Both the position numbers and the translations under genes were made by a program. From a virus (Duplodnaviria; Caudoviricetes), in IMG/VR virus record IMGVR_UViG_3300031857_000014: DNA of 64,000 bases; one strand, given 5' to 3'. The notes below the pieces were generated by a model that did no database searches, was not told the DNA's origin, and was given only the letters and a program-made list of their open reading frames with translations. Below are positions 41,673 through 50,109 of this stretch, piece by piece; the stretch's first letter is position 1; each line of letters opens with the position of its first letter.

Positions 41673-42399
41673 AGAATTCTACCCCAAATCCGATTACAAA
41701 TTGGATTTCTTCTCCTGATGGGGTTGTTGCTTTTTGGGTTAAATCTAACCCCGGTTTATTATCTGCAATAAATTTTCTAAAGTCCTGTGCATCTTTAATT
41801 GGTAGATTTTCAATTAAATTTCTGATATTCATTAAATCCTTATTTCCTGCAACCGATTTAATCATGAATTCAAGTTGTTTGGTCATAATCGGAGCATATC
41901 CATTACCATTCCAACTCTTTTGAATTTCTCTTATTTCCGCTTCTTGTTTTTGAGTCAAGAATTTGAAAGTAATATCTACTTTAGATTTTTCCATAAAATA
42001 TGAATATTCCCCATTTGCATCAGGTGTTAAATTGAAATCTTTAACTTTTAAAGTACTTAAATCTACTTTGGTTTCAAACTCTTTGTCTGTTTTCGGGTCA
42101 GTTAGTGTTACTGTATATTCTGAACCAAATGCGGTGTTTCTTAAAAAGATTAAAATCGCTTGTCTATCCTCTTCCGCCAATTCCTCAATTGAAATATCTT
42201 TATCCAAAATCTTTCTTTTCAAAAGTTCGGAGACTATCGCATTTGTTTGAATTAGGTTTGGTGCCGCTAAAATATTTTCGTCCGCTGCTGTTAGATATGC
42301 AACTCTAACTGATTTTTTTCCATTTGGATAATGAATACCTTTTGTTGGTAATTCTACCACATCATAAGAAATTGTTGGGTCTACTCTAAATTGTTCCAT
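41650..42399 (-). CDS. Tail assembly chaperone / baseplate hub assembly protein (T4 gp26-like)
   Basis: 249 aa. VELPTKGIHYP...VAYLTAADENIL, DRQAILIFLRNTAFGSEY, FGVEFFRP. Lies between tube and tape measure. Confidence 0.8.
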   Translation of the reverse strand: MEQFRVDPTISYDVVELPTKGIHYPNGKKSVRVAYLTAADENILAAPNLIQTNAIVSELLKRKILDKDISIEELAEEDRQAILIFLRNTAFGSEYTVTLTDPKTDKEFETKVDLSTLKVKDFNLTPDANGEYSYFMEKSKVDITFKFLTQKQEAEIREIQKSWNGNGYAPIMTKQLEFMIKSVAGNKDLMNIRNLIENLPIKDAQDFRKFIADNKPGLDLTQKATTPSGEEIQFVIGFGVEFFRPFYGI

Positions 42400-42405
42400 A
42401 GTATT

Positions 42406-42434
42406 AATTTAATCAATAACTATTGGAAAGTCAA
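42406..42434 (-). promoter_or_regulatory. Sigma70-like promoter TTGACT-N17-TAAATT
   Basis: Minus strand, just after the tube terminator. The -10 box is 6 nt before the chaperone ATG. Confidence 0.45.
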
Positions 42435-42448
42435 GTTTTTGATAAAAT

Positions 42449-42478
42449 AAAAAACCCCATGTGTTGAACATAGGGTTT
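42449..42478 (-). terminator. Intrinsic terminator after the tail tube gene
   Basis: Minus-strand AAACCCTATGT-tcaac-ACATGGGGTTT-TTT, with one U-G wobble valid only on this strand. Confidence 0.7.
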
Positions 42479-42498
42479 GTAAAATATTTGTTTTTGTA

Positions 42499-42987
42499 TT
42501 AGTAAACTAAGATACATCTATCTGGTCTCATTGAACAAGTGATAGTTGCCACATCATCTCTTGAATAATCAAGATCATTAAAGTTTAAGTCAGTAATGAA
42601 TGTACCTTGAAGTATCCATTTCTCAACCACAACACCAGTTGGGTCAAGCATTTCCAATTCAATGTCTTTTTTATAACCAGCAGCATAACCCATACGACCT
42701 GTAACAGATTCAGCGTGTAAACGGAACCATTCCATTAACGCCTGTGCCGCTGAAGGACCAATTGGGTCTTTGAAAGTTACTCTCATTTCATTCCATTCAA
42801 ATCTACCAGCAACATAAGTTGATGTATTGATAAATGGAATTGCAACAGAATTGATTTTTGCACTAGGTCTAGCCGTTGATGTCACATACCACTCGTTAAT
42901 ACCCAAAGATGATGGAAATCTAAGGATGAATCGGTTTACTCTTTTCGGTTCATATGGAACCGGCATTTTCATTAATAAATCTGCCAT
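42499..42987 (-). CDS. gp19: Tail tube protein (T4 gp19-like)
   Basis: NRFILRF...RPSAKINSVAIPFINTSTYVAGRFEWNEMRVTFKDPI...YKKDIELEMLDPTG. Confidence 0.92.
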   Translation of the reverse strand: MADLLMKMPVPYEPKRVNRFILRFPSSLGINEWYVTSTARPSAKINSVAIPFINTSTYVAGRFEWNEMRVTFKDPIGPSAAQALMEWFRLHAESVTGRMGYAAGYKKDIELEMLDPTGVVVEKWILQGTFITDLNFNDLDYSRDDVATITCSMRPDRCILVY

Positions 42988-43100
42988 TTTTTAAATAATT
43001 AAGTTTTTTTGTTATCTTCCTATAAATACTACGTATTTGAGAATATTTTATTTTTTTTGAAAAATCTTGACTTTGTCATTTTTTTTCGTTAGTTTTTTAC

Positions 43101-43256
43101 TACCCAGTATCTAGGTTCCAGTATTCAGTATTAATATAACCAATTCCAGCATCTAGAATATTATATAAATACTAGAATATCTAGTTCTAGTATCTAGAAT
43201 AATAAATATAATATTATAAAACTAGTACTAGCATACTAGTTCCAGTATACTGGGTA
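43101..43256. repeat. CTAG / CCAGTAT iterated non-coding region, putative replication origin
   Basis: Nine CTAG between 43111 and 43239, several (TT)CCAGTAT-like units, flanking inverted repeats TACCCAGTAT (43101-43110) and ATACTGGGTA (43247-43256), and AT-rich spacers. Confidence 0.5.
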
Positions 43257-43261
43257 AATAG

Positions 43262-43277
43262 TGTTCCACGTGGAACT
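43262..43277. promoter_or_regulatory. parS-like palindrome TGTTCCACGTGGAACT
   Basis: Perfect 14-bp palindrome GTTCCACGTGGAAC fitting the parS family consensus tGTTnCACGTGnAACa (15 of 16). Confidence 0.65.
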
Positions 43278-43313
43278 ACCATATTCCCCCTTTATGTTAC
43301 CGAGTTTTTATAC

Positions 43314-43343
43314 AAAAAAAATCCTCTAGTTTTCTAGAGGATT
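43314..43343 (-). terminator. Intrinsic terminator after the sheath gene
   Basis: AATCCTCTAG-tttt-CTAGAGGATT stem with a T7 run on the minus strand. Confidence 0.75.
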
Positions 43344-43364
43344 TATATTTTATTTTAATGTTGA

Positions 43365-46271
43365 TTATATATTCTCAAATGAAGCACCAGTCGGAGTTAT
43401 ATTGAATTCAATCTCAATAAATTCAAGAGACCTAGTTGGTTTTAAGTAAATCTTTCCTCTCAATGTGTTTGCATCTAAATCCTCTGGATCACTAGACACT
43501 CTTACACGGAAATCGTAAAGACCTCTTTCTTTCTTTATAGACTCAAGAATAGGATTTACTAATCTCAAGAACTCTTGTCTTACTTGTTCGTCATTTTGTT
43601 CAAATAACAACCTTACAGATACCGCAGAAATCAATTTTCTTGCTCTCAACAATAATCTTCTAACATTAATTCTATCTAATGCAGATTCTCTTAATTGAAG
43701 AGTTTTATTACCCCAAATAATTGTACCTGTATCTGAGAATGTTGCGATAGGGTTAATTCTGTTTGAATATAAGGTGTCTCTTTCATCTAATGTAAGTTTC
43801 TTATTCGCTTTAATTGATTTAACAAGACCTCTTGAATAACCTGCAACTGCGAACCAAGGATACGATACATTATCGGTTAACGCAATATTTCTAACAACTT
43901 CACCTGTAGGCGGGATGTATAATTGTGTTGCGTTGTCTGTATCTCTAACCTGTATCCACGGCCAGTATGTCGCTGAATAGTTACTATCAATTGCGGAATC
44001 GTCAATCGCAGCAACTACTTCTTCAACACCTTCAGCACCAGTGAAATTAGGAGAGTTCATAATATATAATGAATCCGCTCTATCTTCTTCAATCATTTCT
44101 ATCGCTTGGTTAACCAATGAACTATGATCGTAGAAATTAATACCTGGTGTAGCGAATACATTTATATCAACCGCTTCAGGATTTTCAAATGTTTGAATAC
44201 CTTGAAGATACGCATAATAGTCAGAATTACCATTATTAACATCAAATACACCGCCATTATTTTGATTATTTGCGTTATATGTTGGTTTACCATAAATGTA
44301 ACCATCACCATAAGTTCTAACATTTCTATAGATATCCCAACCATCAAAACCACCACCAGCAGCAAATGTAAATTTACGATATCTGATGTCAGTTAATTTA
44401 TCTCCTACTGGTTGACCCTCCAAATCGTATGGAGTTGTAATATATGTGGTACCTGAAATTGTTGATGCGTTTACAGATAAGTGGAAACCAGATGTGGATG
44501 AAGTACCTTCAGCACCTTTATATTTAAATAAATCATTATCATATCTTGAACCTGTCTGATTTGATAAACCTAAAGATACTTTTCTTACTTTATCTCCATT
44601 TGATAATACCGCGGTACCATCAGCGTCATAATACATTGTATCGCCAGCATCAAAGTATTCTGTTTTATACAAAACATTACCTAAAGTACCACCACCAAAT
44701 GTTTGATTATTTACGAATCCTTTAAAACCAGCAGGGAATGCATCAACAGGTGCGTTATCTGCTATAGATAACATAATTAACTTAGAACGTAATTCATAGT
44801 CACCATTTGATGTACCTATTTTTTTAGCGACATAACCTGGTAAATCAGGATTCATACTACATCTTGAATATTTTTCTAAAACAACAGGATTATCATCAGT
44901 ATCATAGTAATCACGAACCAATAAATCAAAATCACCATTATCCAAATTAATATTAGCTATTTGAATTTTAACTGTGTAGTTTGCACTTTCACCATCAGGT
45001 ATTGTTATAATTTCAAACAAATCTGCAACTTTACCACCTCTAACCTCTGAAACAACCATTGGTGTTATCGGAGATAACCATTGACTCATAAAGTTTTCTG
45101 ATTCTGAATTTACAACTTTTGTTAAACTTAAACCTCTAACATATCCTTTTTGAAATGCAGATTGTAAGAATTTAGGGTATGCCTCATGAACGTATATTGG
45201 ATAGTCTGTTCTTGGTTTATCAAACACATCACTTCCCAAAACTTTAGTTATGTATTTTGAAGATGTTTGATCCATGGAACAAGTGAATTGTTTTGCACCA
45301 CCTGTTGTACCCGTTACGTTAATTATAAATTCTGCTAATGGATTTGTAGTAACACCACTTAAATCATCAATATCGAAACGAGATGAAAGAAATGTTTCAA
45401 GACTTAATGTGTTTTGTTGATAGAGACCTCTACTTCTAAGTGCAGCAACTATTAAATCTTTATACTGTGTTAACTCACCTGCATCGTATTTGAATCTAGC
45501 CACATCAAAATATCCATTTTGTGCGTCATATGCAAAAAGATAAGAATAAACACCATCAACATTTCCACTACCATCAAAAGATAAAAGTTTGTTTATCCAT
45601 TCTTTACCGTTAGGACTATCATCAGTATAAAACCCATTAAGTGGGGAAACTTGTTCAATTCCAAATAAAGATGATAATTCGGTAATCGCATTACCATCCA
45701 AATCGGTAACAATATATGCACCTAAATCAGGTACTAATCCCATAGTAAACCAGTTACCATCTTCAGAAGCACCATATCCACCAAAATTTGTTTCAATGTA
45801 ATCTGTTATTGTTGTTCCTTCAAATGAGAATATATTTGAAAGTTCATTATAAAAAATACTTGATGATGGGTTAGATGGGTCCATAGAGTCCACTACTAAA
45901 CTAGTATGTGCACTTGTATCTGCGGTAACACCAGCTAATGTTTGTATACCAAATGTTGTTGTTGGTTTATATCCAGTTAAACCAAGAATTCTTGTTACGA
46001 ATAGTTGGTTTGATTCTTCTAGATACGATTTAGCAACATACGGTAATTCATATTTTGGATTATCTGCACCGTCTTTTACAGGTGTAGTACTTCCAAAGTA
46101 TACTTTGAATTCATCAAAATTGGTAATTAATATTGGTTCAAATGCGGGACCCTTCAATGTCTCACCAACCAATCCGAGTGTTGTAACACCAACACTTTGT
46201 GCTACGAATGTTAAATCTTTCTCTGAGGTATATACACCGGGAGAAACGAATACTTTGTTTGAATTTGCCAT
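43365..46271 (-). CDS. gp18: Contractile tail sheath protein (T4 gp18-like)
   Basis: 968 aa. FVSPGVYTSEKDLT, GETLKGPAFEPI, INVFATPG, SNYSATYWPWI, PWFAVAGYSRG, LDRINVRRLL, PTRSLEFIEIEF. Confidence 0.97.
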   Translation of the reverse strand: MANSNKVFVSPGVYTSEKDLTFVAQSVGVTTLGLVGETLKGPAFEPILITNFDEFKVYFGSTTPVKDGADNPKYELPYVAKSYLEESNQLFVTRILGLTGYKPTTTFGIQTLAGVTADTSAHTSLVVDSMDPSNPSSSIFYNELSNIFSFEGTTITDYIETNFGGYGASEDGNWFTMGLVPDLGAYIVTDLDGNAITELSSLFGIEQVSPLNGFYTDDSPNGKEWINKLLSFDGSGNVDGVYSYLFAYDAQNGYFDVARFKYDAGELTQYKDLIVAALRSRGLYQQNTLSLETFLSSRFDIDDLSGVTTNPLAEFIINVTGTTGGAKQFTCSMDQTSSKYITKVLGSDVFDKPRTDYPIYVHEAYPKFLQSAFQKGYVRGLSLTKVVNSESENFMSQWLSPITPMVVSEVRGGKVADLFEIITIPDGESANYTVKIQIANINLDNGDFDLLVRDYYDTDDNPVVLEKYSRCSMNPDLPGYVAKKIGTSNGDYELRSKLIMLSIADNAPVDAFPAGFKGFVNNQTFGGGTLGNVLYKTEYFDAGDTMYYDADGTAVLSNGDKVRKVSLGLSNQTGSRYDNDLFKYKGAEGTSSTSGFHLSVNASTISGTTYITTPYDLEGQPVGDKLTDIRYRKFTFAAGGGFDGWDIYRNVRTYGDGYIYGKPTYNANNQNNGGVFDVNNGNSDYYAYLQGIQTFENPEAVDINVFATPGINFYDHSSLVNQAIEMIEEDRADSLYIMNSPNFTGAEGVEEVVAAIDDSAIDSNYSATYWPWIQVRDTDNATQLYIPPTGEVVRNIALTDNVSYPWFAVAGYSRGLVKSIKANKKLTLDERDTLYSNRINPIATFSDTGTIIWGNKTLQLRESALDRINVRRLLLRARKLISAVSVRLLFEQNDEQVRQEFLRLVNPILESIKKERGLYDFRVRVSSDPEDLDANTLRGKIYLKPTRSLEFIEIEFNITPTGASFENI

Positions 46272-46399
46272 CGATTGTTATTTGCTTAAATATATTTTTA
46301 TTGATTACTTATAAATATCTTTATTTTATTGAAAGATTTATGTATTTTTAACGGTAAGTATCCTTTTATATACTTAATTATCTTTTTTTATCTTTTTAC

Positions 46400-46555
46400 A
46401 TGAAGAATAAGACCAAAAACGTAAAAATTAGTGATAAACACCATCAGATGTTAAAAAATCACTGTGAAAAAAACGGGCTTAAAATCTATAAGGTTATAGA
46501 AAAGTGGATTGAAAATCTATCAAAGAACGATAAGAAAGACATTTATGGTGAATAA
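46400..46555 (+). CDS. Small ribbon-helix-helix (Arc/CopG/MetJ-like) DNA-binding protein
   Basis: Hand translation MKNKTKNVKISDKHHQMLKNHCEKNGLKIYKVIEKWIENLSKNDKKDIYGE* (51 aa). Below the ORF-track size cutoff. Confidence 0.7.
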   Translation: MKNKTKNVKISDKHHQMLKNHCEKNGLKIYKVIEKWIENLSKNDKKDIYGE

Positions 46556-46558
46556 CGA

Positions 46559-47794
46559 TTAGTAAAAATATGTAACAGTTATCTTAGAATTTACTATAGG
46601 ATTTATTAGTAGAGTTATTTCATTTTTATTTGTTACATCATATCCTACAGAATTTTCTTCTATAAGACCATTTATATCCAACATAATCAAAGCGGCAATA
46701 GTGTTACTTGTGGTGAATACATTTGTTGTACCATCATAAATAAATGTTTCTTTAGCCAAGAATATTTTATTTCCCCATAAATCAGTTGGTGTTGGGTTTT
46801 TTCCTTTGTAATAAATTATAGTTATTTTACTACCAACAAGAGGAGGAGAAACAAATGTTATTTTTGATGTTTTTGCAATATGGTAATAATCAACATCTTT
46901 AATTTGTACAACACCATTTATTGATACACTTACTAAAATTGCTATAGTTTCACCCACACTAAATGATGTTTGTATTCCATCTGCAACTATTGATGTGACA
47001 AATATTTCATCAATATTCTGTACGCTGGTTTTTACTATTTTAGGTAATTCTTCAAACTCTTGCATTATAAACATTCTACTGATAGCCGGTTTAACTTCAA
47101 ATTCTTCACTGTCAATAAGAAAACCTAACATTGTAAATTTGTAATTCTGTAAATAAAACCTACGACCATCTAATGTATCCATAGGTGTATTATCATCAAT
47201 AGAGTCTAAAACTATAGGAATATAATGTCCTTTAACTGACGTATACGCTTGTCTTGATGAAAAGTTTTGCATTACAAGTTTATTCAACTTATTTAAGTCT
47301 CTAAATTTGTTACAAACTATTGTCACTTCATATGATATATCTACAGCAATTGGTTGCGGTATTTTGTATATGTCTGCACCAAATTGATTACCATCCCAAG
47401 TAGGTACCGTAGCGTAGTGGAATTGTTTTCTAACCGGTATTGTTCTTTGTACTGAAGGATTTGTACCTAATTGAACTTCAGGTTTTCTTATCACCGCCAT
47501 AAAAGGAACCTGAACATTACCATCTTTATCTGAAAATTCCCAATTATTAGTGTACTCCGCCCATCTTTGAATGGTCATTATTTTATCAATAATAGGTACT
47601 TTTTTACCATCAGAAACTATCTGTAAATTATTTTTTACAAATTCCAACATACCCAAATCTAAGTCATCATGTAAAACAGAATCAGGAAGGTAAGTATCGG
47701 ATTTAGTTATCCTATCCAATAATTCTTGTCTTCTTTCAAGTAACTCTTTTTGAGTATAAACACTAAAATTTGTTTTTCTTTTAGGTAATGGCAT
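46559..47794 (-). CDS. Tail terminator/completion protein (gp15-like) with two C-terminal beta-sandwich repeats
   Basis: Likely start MPLPKRK at 47794 (411 aa; the ORF-track start overlaps the neighbour). IMTIQRWAEY...PFMAVIRKP...PQPIAVDISYEVTI. Confidence 0.65.
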   Translation of the reverse strand: MPLPKRKTNFSVYTQKELLERRQELLDRITKSDTYLPDSVLHDDLDLGMLEFVKNNLQIVSDGKKVPIIDKIMTIQRWAEYTNNWEFSDKDGNVQVPFMAVIRKPEVQLGTNPSVQRTIPVRKQFHYATVPTWDGNQFGADIYKIPQPIAVDISYEVTIVCNKFRDLNKLNKLVMQNFSSRQAYTSVKGHYIPIVLDSIDDNTPMDTLDGRRFYLQNYKFTMLGFLIDSEEFEVKPAISRMFIMQEFEELPKIVKTSVQNIDEIFVTSIVADGIQTSFSVGETIAILVSVSINGVVQIKDVDYYHIAKTSKITFVSPPLVGSKITIIYYKGKNPTPTDLWGNKIFLAKETFIYDGTTNVFTTSNTIAALIMLDINGLIEENSVGYDVTNKNEITLLINPIVNSKITVTYFY

Positions 47795-47795
47795 A

Positions 47796-48308
47796 TTATA
47801 TTCCTCTAAATTCAGATTCCTGTACCGGAGCACAAGTTATTGTTCTATAATGCGGTTTGTAACCAAACATATTATGTTTATTATCAGATACAACCGTACC
47901 GTCATTTGTAACCGTATAATATCTAATTCTGTCTTCTGTTTCCTGATAACCTACATAATCACCATATCTTATATTAATCTTTAATTCTTCTAAATGTTTT
48001 ATGTACACAGACACAATTAAATTTCCGGGTTCTTGATAACGAACTAAACCAGCTTTATATGAAGCATTCTTAGGTTCTTCAATCTTAACCAGAGCATTAA
48101 ATTCTATAGGAGGGAAAAACTTTATTTGGTCTTTCCCGACTTCACCGTATACATCATCGGTGTCTGTTTTTTGTCTATCAACTCTAAATAGAATTAATTT
48201 CATATTTAAGTCACCATGAAGATATTCTTGACCCATTTGAATATTAAGATCAATATCATCAACAGATACGAACTTAGATAATCTAGTTATTGGTAAACGG
48301 TTTGTCAT
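47796..48308 (-). CDS. Neck / head-closure protein (gp14-like)
   Basis: 170 aa. ILFRVDRQKTDTDDVYGEV...FFPPIEFNALV...YGDYVGY. Adjacent to the terminator gene. Confidence 0.7.
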   Translation of the reverse strand: MTNRLPITRLSKFVSVDDIDLNIQMGQEYLHGDLNMKLILFRVDRQKTDTDDVYGEVGKDQIKFFPPIEFNALVKIEEPKNASYKAGLVRYQEPGNLIVSVYIKHLEELKINIRYGDYVGYQETEDRIRYYTVTNDGTVVSDNKHNMFGYKPHYRTITCAPVQESEFRGI

Positions 48309-48366
48309 AATATAATAAATAGTACAAACTTTTATTCTATTTAACTATATTTTAAGTATTTAGATT

Positions 48367-50109
48367 ATGATTATAGAAATTGAAGCAAGAGAAATACTCT
48401 TAAATTATGAAGGTTCTAATAACCAATTATTAGAATGGAAAAAAAGATTTTCCGAACAGAAGAGTTTTAAACTAACCAGACCACAGTCTGAGTATGTTTT
48501 AAAATATCATGACATTAAACCAAAAGTTGCAAGGAAATATATTAAAATAGCGAAAACATTCGGACAAAAAATTATGGACGAAAGATTACTTCCTGAGGTA
48601 CCTGAAAAATTTTGGTGTGAAAAATTGTTATGTGAATCAGATAAAGCGTTTCATATATGGGGTAAAATTATTGAAACTGACCCATTAAATTCTTTTTGGA
48701 TACCAAAAGCAGCAGTTTTACAAGAAGAAAAAAAATTAGATAGAGAAATTGATTACAGTAAATATAGTAATAGACCTCCACTTGAACATCAAAAAGAAGC
48801 GATAGAAAAATTGTTAGCCAACAATAAGTTTATCTTGGCTGATGACATGGGTTTAGGTAAAACAACATCTGCGGTTATTGCGTCTTTAGAAAGTGGTGCA
48901 AAAAAAATATTAATTGTTTGTCCCGCGTCACTTAAAATAAATTGGGAAAGAGAAATCAAAAATTATTCCGATAAAAAAATATTAATCGTTGAAGGTAGAA
49001 AGTGGGGTTCAACATTTGATTATTATATCATAAACTATGATATCATTAAAAACTTTCACACAACTGATAAATCAGAAGACAGTGAGGATTATAAACTTTT
49101 AGTCAATATGAATTTTGATTTAGCAATAGTTGATGAAGCACATTATGTATCAAATACAACAGCAAATAGAACAAGACTATTAAATGATGTCTTAAGTAAA
49201 ATTCCCAAGGTTTGGTTATTAACTGGTACTCCTATGACATCAAGACCAATTAACTATTTTAATTTATTAAAAATTGTTGACTCACCATTAACACTTAATT
49301 GGCAAACATATGTAAGAAGATATTGTAAAGGTTATCAATTTACTGTTGGTAATAGAAAAGTGTGGAATACAAGTGGTGCAAGTAATTTAGATGAATTAAG
49401 AGATTTAACTAAATCTTATGTTTTAAGAAGAATGAAAACTGACATTTTAGATTTACCGGAAAAAACAATTACTCCTGTATTTTTAGAATTGACAAATAAA
49501 ATGTACGATGAGGAATTAGAAGAGTTTACAAAAATAACAAGTGAAAATAAAAATAATGAAACGATAAGTGTTACACTTAATCGTCTTATGAAAATAAGAC
49601 AACTAATTTCTTACGAAAAAATTCCATATACTTGTGAATTAATTGACAAGTGTTTAGAAATGGGTAAAAAAGTTATAGTCTTTACTAACTTCACAGCAAC
49701 ATTGGACACTCTTCATCAAAAATATAAAAAAAATTCTGTTGTTTTAGATGGAAGAATGTCAAAAGATAAAAGACAAGAAAGTGTTGACAGATTTCAAAAT
49801 GACGATAAAGTAAAAGTATTCATTTCGAATATCATTGCTGGAGGTGTAGGTATCACATTAACCGCTGCGGACACAGTAATTATGAATGACTTATCTTTTG
49901 TTCCTGCTCACCATAGTCAAGCAGAAGATAGATCGTACAGATACGGGCAAAAAAATAGTGTTCTCGTTTATTATCCAATTTTTGAAAACACTATTGAAAA
50001 GATTGTTTATAATATTTTACAGAAAAAGAAAAATATTATTGACCAAGTAATGGGTGATGGGGAATATTCTGAATCTTTCAGTAAAGACTTAATTAAAGAG
50101 CTTATTTAA
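48367..50109 (+). CDS. SNF2-family (SMARCAL1/HARP-like) helicase
   Basis: LADDMGLGKT, IVCPASLKINW, IVDEAH, LTGTP, GGVGITLT, QAEDRSYRYGQ. Confidence 0.92.
   Translation: MIIEIEAREILLNYEGSNNQLLEWKKRFSEQKSFKLTRPQSEYVLKYHDIKPKVARKYIKIAKTFGQKIMDERLLPEVPEKFWCEKLLCESDKAFHIWGKIIETDPLNSFWIPKAAVLQEEKKLDREIDYSKYSNRPPLEHQKEAIEKLLANNKFILADDMGLGKTTSAVIASLESGAKKILIVCPASLKINWEREIKNYSDKKILIVEGRKWGSTFDYYIINYDIIKNFHTTDKSEDSEDYKLLVNMNFDLAIVDEAHYVSNTTANRTRLLNDVLSKIPKVWLLTGTPMTSRPINYFNLLKIVDSPLTLNWQTYVRRYCKGYQFTVGNRKVWNTSGASNLDELRDLTKSYVLRRMKTDILDLPEKTITPVFLELTNKMYDEELEEFTKITSENKNNETISVTLNRLMKIRQLISYEKIPYTCELIDKCLEMGKKVIVFTNFTATLDTLHQKYKKNSVVLDGRMSKDKRQESVDRFQNDDKVKVFISNIIAGGVGITLTAADTVIMNDLSFVPAHHSQAEDRSYRYGQKNSVLVYYPIFENTIEKIVYNILQKKKNIIDQVMGDGEYSESFSKDLIKELI

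Noticed and set aside
47795-47833. ORF-track N-terminal extension of the terminator gene
   Set aside because: It overlaps the upstream gene by 38 nt. ATG 47794 lies 1 nt after that gene's stop and is the more plausible start.
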